Below are positions 35,551 through 45,951 of a stretch of DNA of 64,000 bases, in pieces; within the stretch, counting starts at the first letter, position 1; each line of letters begins with the position of its first letter. Below the pieces are notes generated by a model. That model was not told the origin of the DNA, searched no databases, and worked only from the letters and a program-made list of their open reading frames with translations. The translations under genes and the position numbers were made by a program. The stretch comes from an uncultured virus (IMG/VR IMGVR_UViG_3300027887_000010). Its lineage: Duplodnaviria; Heunggongvirae; Uroviricota; Caudoviricetes. The stretch lies in IMG/VR virus record IMGVR_UViG_3300027887_000010. One strand, 5' to 3'.

Positions 35551-38500
35551 TGCACCCCCGTCTATCTATTGTTGCTGCGTCAATTAGAAAAATTATTTCT
35601 GCGATAATTTGGGATCCGATTGATCAATTTTGGGATCGTACCGTTCTTAATATGCGGATGGAATCTGCTGATCCTTATTGGGATAAAAAAGTTCTCGGCG
35701 TTCATTTTAATGGCGCCAATGCATCTACTACATTTACGGATGTAAAAGGCAAAACTATATCCGTTTTTGGCAATACTCAAATCAGCACAGCTCAATTTTT
35801 AGGTATTCCTGGAAAATCTTCGTCTGCATACTTTGATGGAACAGACGACTATTTGCGTATTCCCTATAGCTCTGATTTCTCCCCAGGAACGGGAGATTAC
35901 TCTTGTTTTGTATGGATCCGTCCTGCAAATATTAGTTCTTTACGTGCAATCGTTGGTCCATATTCAAACCCATCAGCTATTCACGGTTGGCTTTTATATC
36001 AAGGGACTACAGGAGAAATTGTGCTAGCTCTTAGGGATATTTCAGGGGCAGCTGTCTTAGTTACTTCAGCAAGTAATACGCTTAAATTAAACCTATGGCA
36101 ACACGTTGGATGGACAAAAGTTGGAAACGATTATAAAGTATTTCACAATGGAGTTATCGTTGCATCAACAACCAATTCTATAAGCTTGTATGTGAACCCT
36201 TCGTATGGATTTATAATCGGTCGTTGGGACGATTCTGGAACTACCGGTCGTGATTTTAGTGGTTACATGACTGAATTGGAGTTGTATAAAGGCGTTGCGA
36301 TCCATACCTCTAATTTCAATCCCCCAACAGCTGAGTTCTCTGAACCATCTTTAGTAGATGATAAAGGAAAAACGATTACAGCTTATGGAGGTATTTCACT
36401 CCAAGGTTCAACGAAGAAATACGGTACTGGTGCAGTTTATCTTGATGGTGCCGATGACTACTTCACTATTCCAAACAGTACAGACCTTACGCTAACTACA
36501 GGTGATTTTACAATAGAATGCTGGATTTACGTCTCGTCTTTTGTATTAAAAACGATTCTTACAAAAGATGGCGTTGCATCAGTTTCGTATTCACAATACT
36601 CAATAACTCTGGATGCTTCAGGCATTATTGCTGCTTACGTTGGATCCGGAACATCCACAAATGCTGGACAATATGTTACAGCCGCTTCTGCCATAAGCAT
36701 TAACACATGGACACATATCGCGTTTACAAAGTCAGATACATCATTAAGGCTTTTTATAAATGGAGTTTTATCTACAACTGTTACACAAACAATCACAATG
36801 GGAACTAGCAGTGGCGTTTTGTCAATTGGTAGAGAACCGTCTAATGCAGCGTATTTTCAAGGGTACATCGACGATCTTCGCATCACAAAAGGTTTTGCTC
36901 GTTACACATCAAACTTTACACCTATATATATTGGATCAGGGGGCTCTCCTGGCGATCCATACTACAATTACACGTTACTTCTACTTAAGATGGACGGTGC
37001 AAATAACAGCACTACATTTACGGATAATAGCTACTCTCCGAAGACTGTTACAGCCTTTGGAAACGCTAAAATATCCACAACTAAGTCTGTTTCCAGTGAC
37101 GCCTCTGGGTATTTTGATGGTACTGGTGATTACGTTTCTTTTACCGCAGGTTCTGAGTTTGATTTTGGAACTGGAGATTTTACAATTGAATGCTGGGCCA
37201 ATCCGTCTTCTAGCGTAGAGCAATATTTTATATCGAAATACGTATCTTGGACAGCAGATCTTGATTTTGTACTTCGTATAAGTGCAACTGGTTATGCTTC
37301 ATTTATAGCAGGTGATAACGCTGCATTATCTGTCACAAGCAATTCAATTTTACCGCTAAATACATGGACACACATCGCTGTCGTAAGAGCTTCAAATGTT
37401 ACTAAGATGTTTATTAATGGTGTGCAGCAAAGTTCGACACATTCAGGCTCCGTTAATATTCCAAATGATGCAACTACAGTATATATTGGAGCTTTTAATT
37501 CTGGTAATAATTTCTATAATGGGTATATTGACGATTTTCGTGTCACTAAAGCCGTAGCTAGATATACTGCCAACTTTACACCTCCAGGCGCCATCCCATC
37601 TACAGTTCACCTTGACGCAGATCCATGGTGGCTTAATACTGTTTTGGCGCTTCGTTTTGACGGTGCTCAAGGTAGTACAGTATTCACCGACTTAAAAGGT
37701 AAGACTGTTACAAGCTATGGTAATACGCTTATCTCAACAGTTAAATCTAAATTTGGGCAAGCAGCATATTTCGATGGAACTGGAGATTATTTAACGGTTC
37801 CTAATAATTCAGATTTTGATTTTGGTTCAGGGAATTTTACAATAGAGGGCTGGATAAATACCTCTAATACAAACTCCAACATTATTGGTAAAAGGCCTAA
37901 TGTTAGTTGGGGACCTTTCTCCATTATTGTAAATGCCGGAAAGCTAAATGCTAGATATTGTGTAACAGCAGGTTCATGGGCAATTGATATATCTAGTACA
38001 GACTCGATCGATACCGGCGCCTGGGTACACTTTGCTGTTGTCAGAAACGGAAGTTCTTTTCTATTATTTGTCAATGGTACATTACAAGCTGCTACTGGAA
38101 CAAACGCATCCCCATTGATGACAGTAACAGATCCTGTTTATATTGGAGCAAATAGCGACGAAAGTGGGGCTTTAACAGGTTACATAGACGATATTCGTGT
38201 AACAAAAGGTATTGCAAGATGGACAACTACGTTCACTCCTCCAACAAAACCGATACCAACAAATGTCATTGGCCCTGATCACGATCCAAATTGGGATTAC
38301 AAAGTTCTAGGTTTGCATATGAATGGTGCTGATAATTCAACGACATTTACAGATTGCAAAAATCGCACAGTTACAGTTGTCGGTGATACCAAAATTAAAA
38401 CGGATCAATTTGCTCCGTTGACTGGTAACACTTCTTCCGCTTACTTTGATGGAACAGGGGATACATTATCTATTGCTAATAGCGCAGACTTTAACTTTAG

Positions 38501-38969
38501 TACAACTCCAGATTTTACAGTTTCGTTTTGGATATATATTCCAACAACACCTTCTTCTTCACAATACATCCTAAATAAAGACGGTAAATACGGAAGTTAT
38601 TATCCACAATGGCGAATTAGTATTGATGCTAATAGAATTCTAACTCTTGAACTTGGGAGCGGAGCGGGTGGCGCAACTTTAGATCAAGTTTATAACTCAA
38701 ATTGGCCTGTTGCTACTAATGTATGGACTCACATTGAGTTCGGACGCACTGGCACAACTTTACAGTTATTCCAGAATGGTCTTCGTATTTCAACACTAAC
38801 TCAGACAGCTACAATGGGAAATAGTTCCGAGCCGCTTACTATAGGCTTCCAACCAAATTCACCGAGTGGGTACTTTAACGGTTATATCGACGATTTGGAG
38901 ATTTATAAGGGTGTGGCTGTTCATACATCTAACTTTACTCCTCCAACAACTCCATTTATTGATGGATAA
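35550..38969 (+). CDS. Tail fibre / receptor-binding protein with five LamG (concanavalin A-like) domains
   Basis: Five repeats of YFDG..DY...FTIE.W...W.H.A...GYIDD.R.TKG..RYT.NF.P. Confidence 0.85.
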   Translation: MHPRLSIVAASIRKIISAIIWDPIDQFWDRTVLNMRMESADPYWDKKVLGVHFNGANASTTFTDVKGKTISVFGNTQISTAQFLGIPGKSSSAYFDGTDDYLRIPYSSDFSPGTGDYSCFVWIRPANISSLRAIVGPYSNPSAIHGWLLYQGTTGEIVLALRDISGAAVLVTSASNTLKLNLWQHVGWTKVGNDYKVFHNGVIVASTTNSISLYVNPSYGFIIGRWDDSGTTGRDFSGYMTELELYKGVAIHTSNFNPPTAEFSEPSLVDDKGKTITAYGGISLQGSTKKYGTGAVYLDGADDYFTIPNSTDLTLTTGDFTIECWIYVSSFVLKTILTKDGVASVSYSQYSITLDASGIIAAYVGSGTSTNAGQYVTAASAISINTWTHIAFTKSDTSLRLFINGVLSTTVTQTITMGTSSGVLSIGREPSNAAYFQGYIDDLRITKGFARYTSNFTPIYIGSGGSPGDPYYNYTLLLLKMDGANNSTTFTDNSYSPKTVTAFGNAKISTTKSVSSDASGYFDGTGDYVSFTAGSEFDFGTGDFTIECWANPSSSVEQYFISKYVSWTADLDFVLRISATGYASFIAGDNAALSVTSNSILPLNTWTHIAVVRASNVTKMFINGVQQSSTHSGSVNIPNDATTVYIGAFNSGNNFYNGYIDDFRVTKAVARYTANFTPPGAIPSTVHLDADPWWLNTVLALRFDGAQGSTVFTDLKGKTVTSYGNTLISTVKSKFGQAAYFDGTGDYLTVPNNSDFDFGSGNFTIEGWINTSNTNSNIIGKRPNVSWGPFSIIVNAGKLNARYCVTAGSWAIDISSTDSIDTGAWVHFAVVRNGSSFLLFVNGTLQAATGTNASPLMTVTDPVYIGANSDESGALTGYIDDIRVTKGIARWTTTFTPPTKPIPTNVIGPDHDPNWDYKVLGLHMNGADNSTTFTDCKNRTVTVVGDTKIKTDQFAPLTGNTSSAYFDGTGDTLSIANSADFNFSTTPDFTVSFWIYIPTTPSSSQYILNKDGKYGSYYPQWRISIDANRILTLELGSGAGGATLDQVYNSNWPVATNVWTHIEFGRTGTTLQLFQNGLRISTLTQTATMGNSSEPLTIGFQPNSPSGYFNGYIDDLEIYKGVAVHTSNFTPPTTPFIDG

Positions 38970-38972
38970 CAA

Positions 38973-39395
38973 ATGAAAGCTTGTATTCTTTGTGGAGCCC
39001 TTGGACATGATTCCAACGATTGTCCTTGGGAGGAGGCTTTTGAAAAAAAGCATCATTTGGCTATTTTAATCGCAATAAGTGTTATTGCATCTATTATTAG
39101 TATCCTAATTGCAATTTGGACAGTTATGTTATTACATAACGTCCAAATGACACTAATACAACAGGGATGGGCTACACTATGGATATTTACTTCATTATCT
39201 GTTGGATCCTCTTTTGCTACTCTTATTTATAGACAAAAGTTTTGGCGTCGTTGGCTTGCAATGTGGAAATACCGTAAAATAGATTCAACTTTGTGTGTTT
39301 GTGGATCAACCATAAATAACGGTGGAACTACTTGTAATTTTGGAGAATGTGTTTCTTTAAAGCAGCAAGCAATAAAGCGGGAAATTGGTGCTTAA
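38973..39395 (+). CDS. Membrane protein with N-terminal CCHC zinc knuckle
   Basis: CILCGALGHDSNDC followed by two TM segments. Confidence 0.55.
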   Translation: MKACILCGALGHDSNDCPWEEAFEKKHHLAILIAISVIASIISILIAIWTVMLLHNVQMTLIQQGWATLWIFTSLSVGSSFATLIYRQKFWRRWLAMWKYRKIDSTLCVCGSTINNGGTTCNFGECVSLKQQAIKREIGA

Positions 39396-39479
39396 ACAAT
39401 ACGGCAAATGCACAGATTCTCAAGTAACTTGTTATTTGTGTGGTTGTAACACTTAAATAATATCACGTTAAAAGATTAT

Positions 39480-41714
39480 TTATAAGTATCCAACTTGCTG
39501 TAACATTTCATCAGCTTCTTTAATATACCAGTCATAATTAATATCTGTCATTAATTGATTTGGTAAATCCATACAGGGTTTAGCTCCCTCACTTCTTGGT
39601 ACTTTATTTCCAGAACCAGCATAAACAATCTCTCCGGAAATATCGTTTGCATAATACCATCTAATTGCTTTACCAAGATATTCACTAGGCTGATATTTAG
39701 TCATAATGAGTTTAGCAGATTCATATGCTGAGTCTAAAGTAACAGCAGTATGATCACTTGCACCTTCAATAATCCACCAACCTTCTGAAAATTCATAAAA
39801 ATTAGCCATTTTTACTAAATCTTCTTTTGTAGAATGATTTGGTAACGGAAAAGCATCATATACTTTTACAGCACCTCCCTTAACATTTCTCACTGTCATA
39901 AACTTAGTTATATCTGTACATTCTCTAATTGTTTTTTCAATTGGAATTCCTTTGGAAAGAAATAACACAACAGCTTCTGCACAGATTTGATTTTGTGGAT
40001 TCTTTTGAAGGTTTTTCTTTCCCTTTTCAGGAATAACAAAAACACCTTTTGTCTTAATATCACCATCCTCTTTAACTGCAATGTAATTATTTACATCTCG
40101 TGAAGCTAGTAATCGATATTTAACAGATTCAGTTTCAAAATTAGTTTCAATTTCCCATTGTTTAACAATAGATTTTCTAGTTTCAAGTAAATGTTTTGGA
40201 CATTTTGTTACAATACCATCTGTGTTTGCACTGACCACAGTAATGCCCGAAAGTTCCATCCGCTCAATAAGCATAAGTAAAGAAAGCTGTCCTGTTACTG
40301 TAACTTGAATAAGAAGATCCGGTGCATACAAAACAGAATATTTACTCCCCAATTTACCGAATGATCCATTAATAGTAATCTTTAAAGAATCCTGAGCTGT
40401 AGCAACAACTTTAAGTTCGGTTTCATATCCTGCTTTTAATAAAGTGTCGTTTGTTTCTTTTACAAGTGTTTTTAATTGCTTTGCTCTTGTTTTTGCAGAT
40501 AATCGACGATCCACAATATTACGATAAACACGAAGAAAATTTTGACCTAAATGTTCTGGAAATAAGCCTTGATTCAAAATAATAAACGGATAATATGATA
40601 CAACATCGCTATCTTCTAATATTTCATTTTCATTAGCAATATGACATACACTTTTTTCTGAACTGTGCAGACCACCAATCCCCATCCGATATACACCATC
40701 TGCTATTTTAATTTCTAAATCTGCAAGTTCTCTTGGCATACCAACAGAACCAGTTTCATCTACAATAAAAATAGCGTTTCTTACAAGATCTAAAGTCCAT
40801 TGCATTATAAGACTATAAAACTTCATAAAATATGGAACATTATAACGATACCATGTTCCAATAGGAATTTCAGGTCTTTGTGGGCGAACACCATTATTCA
40901 ACGAAGTAATTTCTGAAGCAATAACAGCTTCTGCAATTTGTGCGTCAGATTTACTACGTAAATCAAGATTGTAATCCTCTGATAAAGTCTCCCGCAATTT
41001 AACTTGTTCATCTAAAGCTTGATACAAACCTGCAGTATTTGCCAAGTCATTTAAGCAATACCATCTTGTGATTGCAATTTGATTAGCATTTAAAACAAGT
41101 TCGGAATTAAACGGAAGATCTTGCATACGCTGGCAACCAATGCGACCTCCGTAAATTTTAAGGCTACCTTGAAGCGGAGCAACTTCAATTAAATCAATGT
41201 GGTTAGGGTGAAGCTTTTTAACCTTATGTTGCTTCAAAAGAAAAGCAGGTTGTATTTGATTAATAATAATATCATTGGTCGCTTGCTTAAGTTGTTCTGT
41301 TGTTTTACCAGCTAAAGCTAATGCTGTGATTGGTAGGTCATAGGAAAGACTATTAAATCCAATAGTAAGAATATTATCAATAACCCACCTAAGTCTTTCA
41401 GTATCAAGCGTTTCATCTTTTTGGAATTCAGCAAACCAAACTTTTTTGCTGTTAATAGATGCAAATGCAGCAAGATAATAGTTCCAATAACACTCTACGT
41501 CAAAAACAAAACGTTCTTGCCGTAACATGCATTCATACAAATCGTTATCTGATAAAAGCTGTACGTTAAAGTTTAATGCTTCTTCTAGATTAGGAAGATA
41601 GCTATCAGTTTCCCATGTTCGTTCAGGTGGTTGACGTTTTTCTTTTTCTTTTTTAGGTGGTTTTGGTGGAGGTCTATCGTCCCAGAACAAACCACAAATA
41701 TCAGCTCTTGACAT
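39480..41714 (-). CDS. DNA polymerase, family B
   Basis: Exo FDVE and GFNS..YD; polymerase DVVSYYP, KITINGSFG, SANTDG. Confidence 0.9.
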   Translation of the reverse strand: MSRADICGLFWDDRPPPKPPKKEKEKRQPPERTWETDSYLPNLEEALNFNVQLLSDNDLYECMLRQERFVFDVECYWNYYLAAFASINSKKVWFAEFQKDETLDTERLRWVIDNILTIGFNSLSYDLPITALALAGKTTEQLKQATNDIIINQIQPAFLLKQHKVKKLHPNHIDLIEVAPLQGSLKIYGGRIGCQRMQDLPFNSELVLNANQIAITRWYCLNDLANTAGLYQALDEQVKLRETLSEDYNLDLRSKSDAQIAEAVIASEITSLNNGVRPQRPEIPIGTWYRYNVPYFMKFYSLIMQWTLDLVRNAIFIVDETGSVGMPRELADLEIKIADGVYRMGIGGLHSSEKSVCHIANENEILEDSDVVSYYPFIILNQGLFPEHLGQNFLRVYRNIVDRRLSAKTRAKQLKTLVKETNDTLLKAGYETELKVVATAQDSLKITINGSFGKLGSKYSVLYAPDLLIQVTVTGQLSLLMLIERMELSGITVVSANTDGIVTKCPKHLLETRKSIVKQWEIETNFETESVKYRLLASRDVNNYIAVKEDGDIKTKGVFVIPEKGKKNLQKNPQNQICAEAVVLFLSKGIPIEKTIRECTDITKFMTVRNVKGGAVKVYDAFPLPNHSTKEDLVKMANFYEFSEGWWIIEGASDHTAVTLDSAYESAKLIMTKYQPSEYLGKAIRWYYANDISGEIVYAGSGNKVPRSEGAKPCMDLPNQLMTDINYDWYIKEADEMLQQVGYL

Positions 41715-42082
41715 TACTTTACCTCAAATATATCAATACCAGCAACCCGAGCCTGTTTAATCATATTAGCTGTTCCAGTTCCACCAGGAAATGCAACAAT
41801 AAGATCTGGAGTTGCATACTTAATCATCCATGTGTTCCGAATAGTTCCCGCAGTTGTTTCGTAATAATCCCAATTAGCTCGCATTTCAATCATCGGGCAA
41901 CCTTGAAAAAATGCCCAGACCATTGCTAATTTATCTGCCCCATTAGCTCCGCCTTGAATAATACAAAAATCTTTATTAAACCAAGGAAGAAGTTTATTCA
42001 TTACTTCAATAAATTTATTGTTGTCATTATATTTTCTTCCACCGCAAATTAAAATTCTACTCTTTTTAAGTTTATTGTTCAT
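41714..42082 (-). CDS. YspA/DUF2493 SLOG-family protein
   Basis: ICGGR.Y, GGA.GAD, AG.IRN..M, AFPGG.GT..M. Confidence 0.8.
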   Translation of the reverse strand: MNNKLKKSRILICGGRKYNDNNKFIEVMNKLLPWFNKDFCIIQGGANGADKLAMVWAFFQGCPMIEMRANWDYYETTAGTIRNTWMIKYATPDLIVAFPGGTGTANMIKQARVAGIDIFEVK

Positions 42083-42301
42083 AGCATGACAACTCCATTA
42101 TACGTCTCCAATAAACTCTAGCTTCCATATCTAGAAGAATACAAGAAGAAATTTGCCACATTGGTTCATTCATTTCCAAATAAGCAAGATAAAGACACTC
42201 CAAGTATTATCTAGTTCATCTTTATTAAGCGTTGGAGCAGCTTCATGAAATTCTTTACCTAACTGTTTAAATTCGTCAAATGACAACACCAGCATTGTCA
42301 T
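42072..42301 (-). pseudogene. Small gene with apparent frameshift near 42205
   Basis: MTMLVLSFDEF...DELD continues in another frame as YLECLYLAYLEMNEP...; together the two parts fill the intergenic gap. Confidence 0.4.
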
Positions 42302-43254
42302 TACATTCTCATTCCAATAATAGCACCTCTAAGTCTTTCACCTATAAACGGACAAGGTCTTGGGTACATATCCCATGCAATTGTTTTGACCACATCTTTT
42401 AGTAGCATTAGCATTTCAATATTGTATATACCTGTAAAGTTATGATTTTCTAGAATGTAATCAGCTCCTTCATGTTCGTCGTTTGAAGTTGCAATTATGT
42501 TATCGCGGAAGAAGATATGACCTTGTTTATCTACAAATGATTTTAGTTTTTCAAGACCATTAAACATATCTACATTAATTGGAACTTGTATAGATTCTGC
42601 GTTCAGAACTTTAGAAAGGTCTGGCCATTCTGTACTGAATAATTGTGTTCGAACCCAACAATCATCACCATAATGAAAAGTTATACTATTATTGTCCATC
42701 TGTGCATATAAAGGGGCTTCTCCAATACGAAGCATTTCTTTAATGCAAGCCTTTGGAACGTTACATTCTTTTGGAAAGGTAGCACCAATCCAATATTCAA
42801 CCAGTGTGACATTGTTTGTTGCAAATGCAGATTGATCTTTAAGAAGGACACCGTTTGCCCAAGGTCTAGAAGCGTCACTGCCTATAAATGGATAAATCGT
42901 TTCAAATGCTTTTAAGAGTTGTTCACCATCAAAGTTAATAATTTCGCCTTCTGGTGTAACATGCGGCGTTTCTTCTTGAACACAATCAATAAGAGCTTTA
43001 AACGAACCAGATTTAACAGAAAGTCTTCCTGTTGGCGTTAGTGTAAGTGTGATAGTTTCATCGCAGTTTGCAATAGCTTTGACAAGTGGTTCTGCTTTTG
43101 GTGAGCAATCTAAATCAAATGCAATTGGGCTACAAAGTGCCAGCATACCGTTATAACTTCGAACCGTCTTATTTTCAATCCGGAAATGTGTAAGTGCAGG
43201 AATGAAATCCTTTTTACTTACAGCTCCTTGAACGAACTTAAGTTCTTTAAGCAT
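42301..43254 (-). CDS. Sliding clamp (DNA polymerase beta subunit-like)
   Basis: DASRPWANGV, ATNN..L, WPDL..V; beside the polymerase. Confidence 0.7.
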   Translation of the reverse strand: MLKELKFVQGAVSKKDFIPALTHFRIENKTVRSYNGMLALCSPIAFDLDCSPKAEPLVKAIANCDETITLTLTPTGRLSVKSGSFKALIDCVQEETPHVTPEGEIINFDGEQLLKAFETIYPFIGSDASRPWANGVLLKDQSAFATNNVTLVEYWIGATFPKECNVPKACIKEMLRIGEAPLYAQMDNNSITFHYGDDCWVRTQLFSTEWPDLSKVLNAESIQVPINVDMFNGLEKLKSFVDKQGHIFFRDNIIATSNDEHEGADYILENHNFTGIYNIEMLMLLKDVVKTIAWDMYPRPCPFIGERLRGAIIGMRM

Positions 43255-43264
43255 TGCATTCCCT

Positions 43265-43876
43265 TTAAAAATGAATTCCTGTTGTAGAAGAACTTGTATG
43301 TGAGTAATATGTCGGACTTGTTCTAGGATCTACTCGGTATTCATAGTCTTTTAAAATTTCTAGGATTTTATTTCCAACAATTAACATTGCCTGAAGACGG
43401 TCAGCTTGACCTTTTAAACCATCCGCCTGGCTATTAAACGCATTAGATAAAATGTTTTCGGAGTTATTTTTAACACTTGTTCTTTTTGCAGCTTCCCGAA
43501 AAACATCTTCTGAGTTTTTAAGTCTTAATATTGTATCGTTGTACCTGGACTGTTGGCCGCGAACCAACTGTTCTATAGTCTGAACAATATTCGTATGTCT
43601 TACATCTGCATTTTGCATGACCTGTAACGCAATTGAAATAAGTCCTTCTATAACGTCCCCTTCTACATTTCTCATGTTAGTCTGGCCAGTTTCATCGTAA
43701 TGCTGTCGCTTAAGCGCATCCGATAAAACATCATAGGCTTTACTAATAGCTTGAAACATTTCTGTATCTCCACCCTTATCTGGATGGTTTTCTTGTGCTT
43801 TTTTACGATATGCCCTTTTAATATCAATATCGTCTGCATCTTCTTCGACACCGAGGATTTCATATAGTGTTGTCAT
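43265..43876 (-). CDS. J-domain (DnaJ-like) protein
   Basis: LYEILGV...IKRAYRK.A..HPDKGG...F..I..AY.VL.D..R..YD. Confidence 0.9.
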   Translation of the reverse strand: MTTLYEILGVEEDADDIDIKRAYRKKAQENHPDKGGDTEMFQAISKAYDVLSDALKRQHYDETGQTNMRNVEGDVIEGLISIALQVMQNADVRHTNIVQTIEQLVRGQQSRYNDTILRLKNSEDVFREAAKRTSVKNNSENILSNAFNSQADGLKGQADRLQAMLIVGNKILEILKDYEYRVDPRTSPTYYSHTSSSTTGIHF

Positions 43877-44796
43877 TAAAATAGTTCCTGTGCCATTATA
43901 AATCTATTTTTTTCTTTACCAGCATTTACCATAGCATTAATTATACCGTATGACCACAAGTTATATGCTGCCCTTGACTCATAAACTGTAGATAGGCGTT
44001 CTAGTGTAAATCCTTGATCTTCTAACATTTTAAGCACATGATCTTTTTCAGGGTCGCTTAATGTTGTGACATGTCGTCCAAAGTCATGCCTACTTGGTGA
44101 TTTAGTTGAAACGGAAAGTGGTCCGTAATCTGGCGAAACTATTGAACCAAAAGCAGCAGACTGAATCCACGAAGATGAGTCGCAACTGTACCAAGGATAG
44201 CGTTCCATGATTGTTACAGAAGTAATACCAAAAGCGTGAACTTTGATTTTAGCATTACCAGAACCGTCAACAAGATTCTTTTCCCAAATACGATCTAGCC
44301 ATTTAATTAAGCTATCTGTAGATTTGCCAACCATACCACCAATAGTGATATAATCATAACGCTCTGTGTACCAATCCAAATATCTAGAATCTTCGCCAAA
44401 GTGGAAGCATGGTAGCGGCTTCGCTCCGTAAGCTTCCATTACTAATTGATTTCTCCAAGTCTGTAGGGGATCTCCGATACCGTCAAGAACGGATGCCATA
44501 ACCACACCATCTTCGATTCGCAAAATATCCATATTGCGTTTTATGTATTCGCAATATTCTTCTATTGGAATTGTGACACCCAACGTATGAGCGGAGAAGG
44601 CTCCTGAGTCAAGAAATACCTTTGCACCATCTGCTCGCATTTGCTCAACGATCTTATTAGAATTAATATAGTGGTACGATTCAAGAATATGTGGTAAGTT
44701 CTGGACAATGTTTTGTTCATGTTCGTTTAGTTTTATATAACGGTTCTGCCCGGGCTTGTAGGCGTTCGTGTATACAGCAGCAAGAAATAAATTCAT
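43876..44796 (-). CDS. dpdA: DpdA, DNA 7-deazaguanine transglycosylase (TGT fold)
   Basis: FLDSGAFS, LD.IGD, P.FH, VHAFG, SCDSSSW; clustered with que genes. Confidence 0.8.
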   Translation of the reverse strand: MNLFLAAVYTNAYKPGQNRYIKLNEHEQNIVQNLPHILESYHYINSNKIVEQMRADGAKVFLDSGAFSAHTLGVTIPIEEYCEYIKRNMDILRIEDGVVMASVLDGIGDPLQTWRNQLVMEAYGAKPLPCFHFGEDSRYLDWYTERYDYITIGGMVGKSTDSLIKWLDRIWEKNLVDGSGNAKIKVHAFGITSVTIMERYPWYSCDSSSWIQSAAFGSIVSPDYGPLSVSTKSPSRHDFGRHVTTLSDPEKDHVLKMLEDQGFTLERLSTVYESRAAYNLWSYGIINAMVNAGKEKNRFIMAQELF

Positions 44797-45326
44797 GGAA
44801 GACTAACTCTTTTTAATTCCGAATACCTGTCCATAAATAGTTTATAAGCTTGATCTGGAAGTAGTGGAAAAATAGTCAGTTCTGCAGGCACTATATCTTT
44901 TAAAATTGTCCATTCATACCCATCAGGATTAAATAAATCCCGTCGTTCTGTAGCAAGCATCACTAGGTCTGCATATTTTACAGAAGGATGTATTGGCCAC
45001 TCAATAGCTAATTTTTCAAAAATATCTGTTTCAACACGTTTTTCAACTTCTTGATAATCAGGTAATAAAGCTTTCAACGGTTTTGTTATATCACCAATAT
45101 ATGCTTCCGCAGCATCGTGAAATAATGCCTGCATTGCAAATTCTTCTGAAACAATTTGACTACAAATAACAGAATGTTGTGCAACTGAATAAAACTTTTC
45201 AATTTGTCCATTAAAGCGACAAAGATTTGACAAACCTCTTGCAATTGTGTCAATAGATATTAGATTAGGTTTTACATCTACAAAGTTAAAGTAAGATCCA
45301 TTTACTGTGCATATAGTAGGATTCAT
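44793..45326 (-). CDS. HD-domain 5'-deoxynucleotidase (YfbR-like)
   Basis: LS..CRF.G, YSVAQHS, LFHDAAEAY.GD..P.K, AD...LATE.RD. Confidence 0.85.
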   Translation of the reverse strand: MNPTICTVNGSYFNFVDVKPNLISIDTIARGLSNLCRFNGQIEKFYSVAQHSVICSQIVSEEFAMQALFHDAAEAYIGDITKPLKALLPDYQEVEKRVETDIFEKLAIEWPIHPSVKYADLVMLATERRDLFNPDGYEWTILKDIVPAELTIFPLLPDQAYKLFMDRYSELKRVSLP

Positions 45327-45327
45327 T

Positions 45328-45825
45328 TTACACATCCTGTGATAGGTACGCAATAATTACATCACGGGCTTCTTCCCATGAATAACACACAATAAAACCA
45401 TATCCCTGTGATTGAACAAATTCACCAAATTCCTTTTGTTCATCTGATACACCACCACGAGAACCTACTCGCTTAGGCTTTTCCGTAGGTTTCTTCATTT
45501 CAATATACAAACCACAGCATAGCCCGCGACGAACAGGTAAAGAAACATCACTAACACCAGGACGGACACCTTCCGCTTTAAGCTTTGCACCTCTGATTTG
45601 TTGCGATCTAACATCGTTACCTCGACTACCTCCATTTGGAATGTGGTGTATCCATTTAAGTTCGGGAATAGCAGGGGGTTTATTTGGTTCAATTGACACA
45701 TTTTCACCATCACACCATAATTTCGCTAAAGCAAAACCGTGAATATGTGCAACAGATGCCCATGCAAATAATGCTATTTGATGAGCAGATTCGCTACCGC
45801 TGCGAGCAAGTTGTGCAGGGGTCAT
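45328..45825 (-). CDS. VRR-NUC domain nuclease
   Basis: HIPNGG.R, GV.PGV.D, LYIEMK, S..Q..F. Confidence 0.85.
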   Translation of the reverse strand: MTPAQLARSGSESAHQIALFAWASVAHIHGFALAKLWCDGENVSIEPNKPPAIPELKWIHHIPNGGSRGNDVRSQQIRGAKLKAEGVRPGVSDVSLPVRRGLCCGLYIEMKKPTEKPKRVGSRGGVSDEQKEFGEFVQSQGYGFIVCYSWEEARDVIIAYLSQDV

Positions 45826-45951
45826 TTAATGGTACTCCTTACTATTAATAGCTTCGTTTTACTATGTGCCGAGCTAGGCATTACACCAGTTAATACAGGG
45901 AGCCGCAACTCCCTGTACTTAGTGCCAAACCACTTAAAAGATTATTGTAGT

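Noticed and set aside
35550..38969. Diversity-generating retroelement acting on the fibre repeats
   Set aside because: No reverse transcriptase in the window, and no near-identical template/variable repeat pair differing at adenines was seen.
45826..45951. preQ1 riboswitch
   Set aside because: I could not match the preQ1-I consensus, and the segment lies downstream of the biosynthetic genes.
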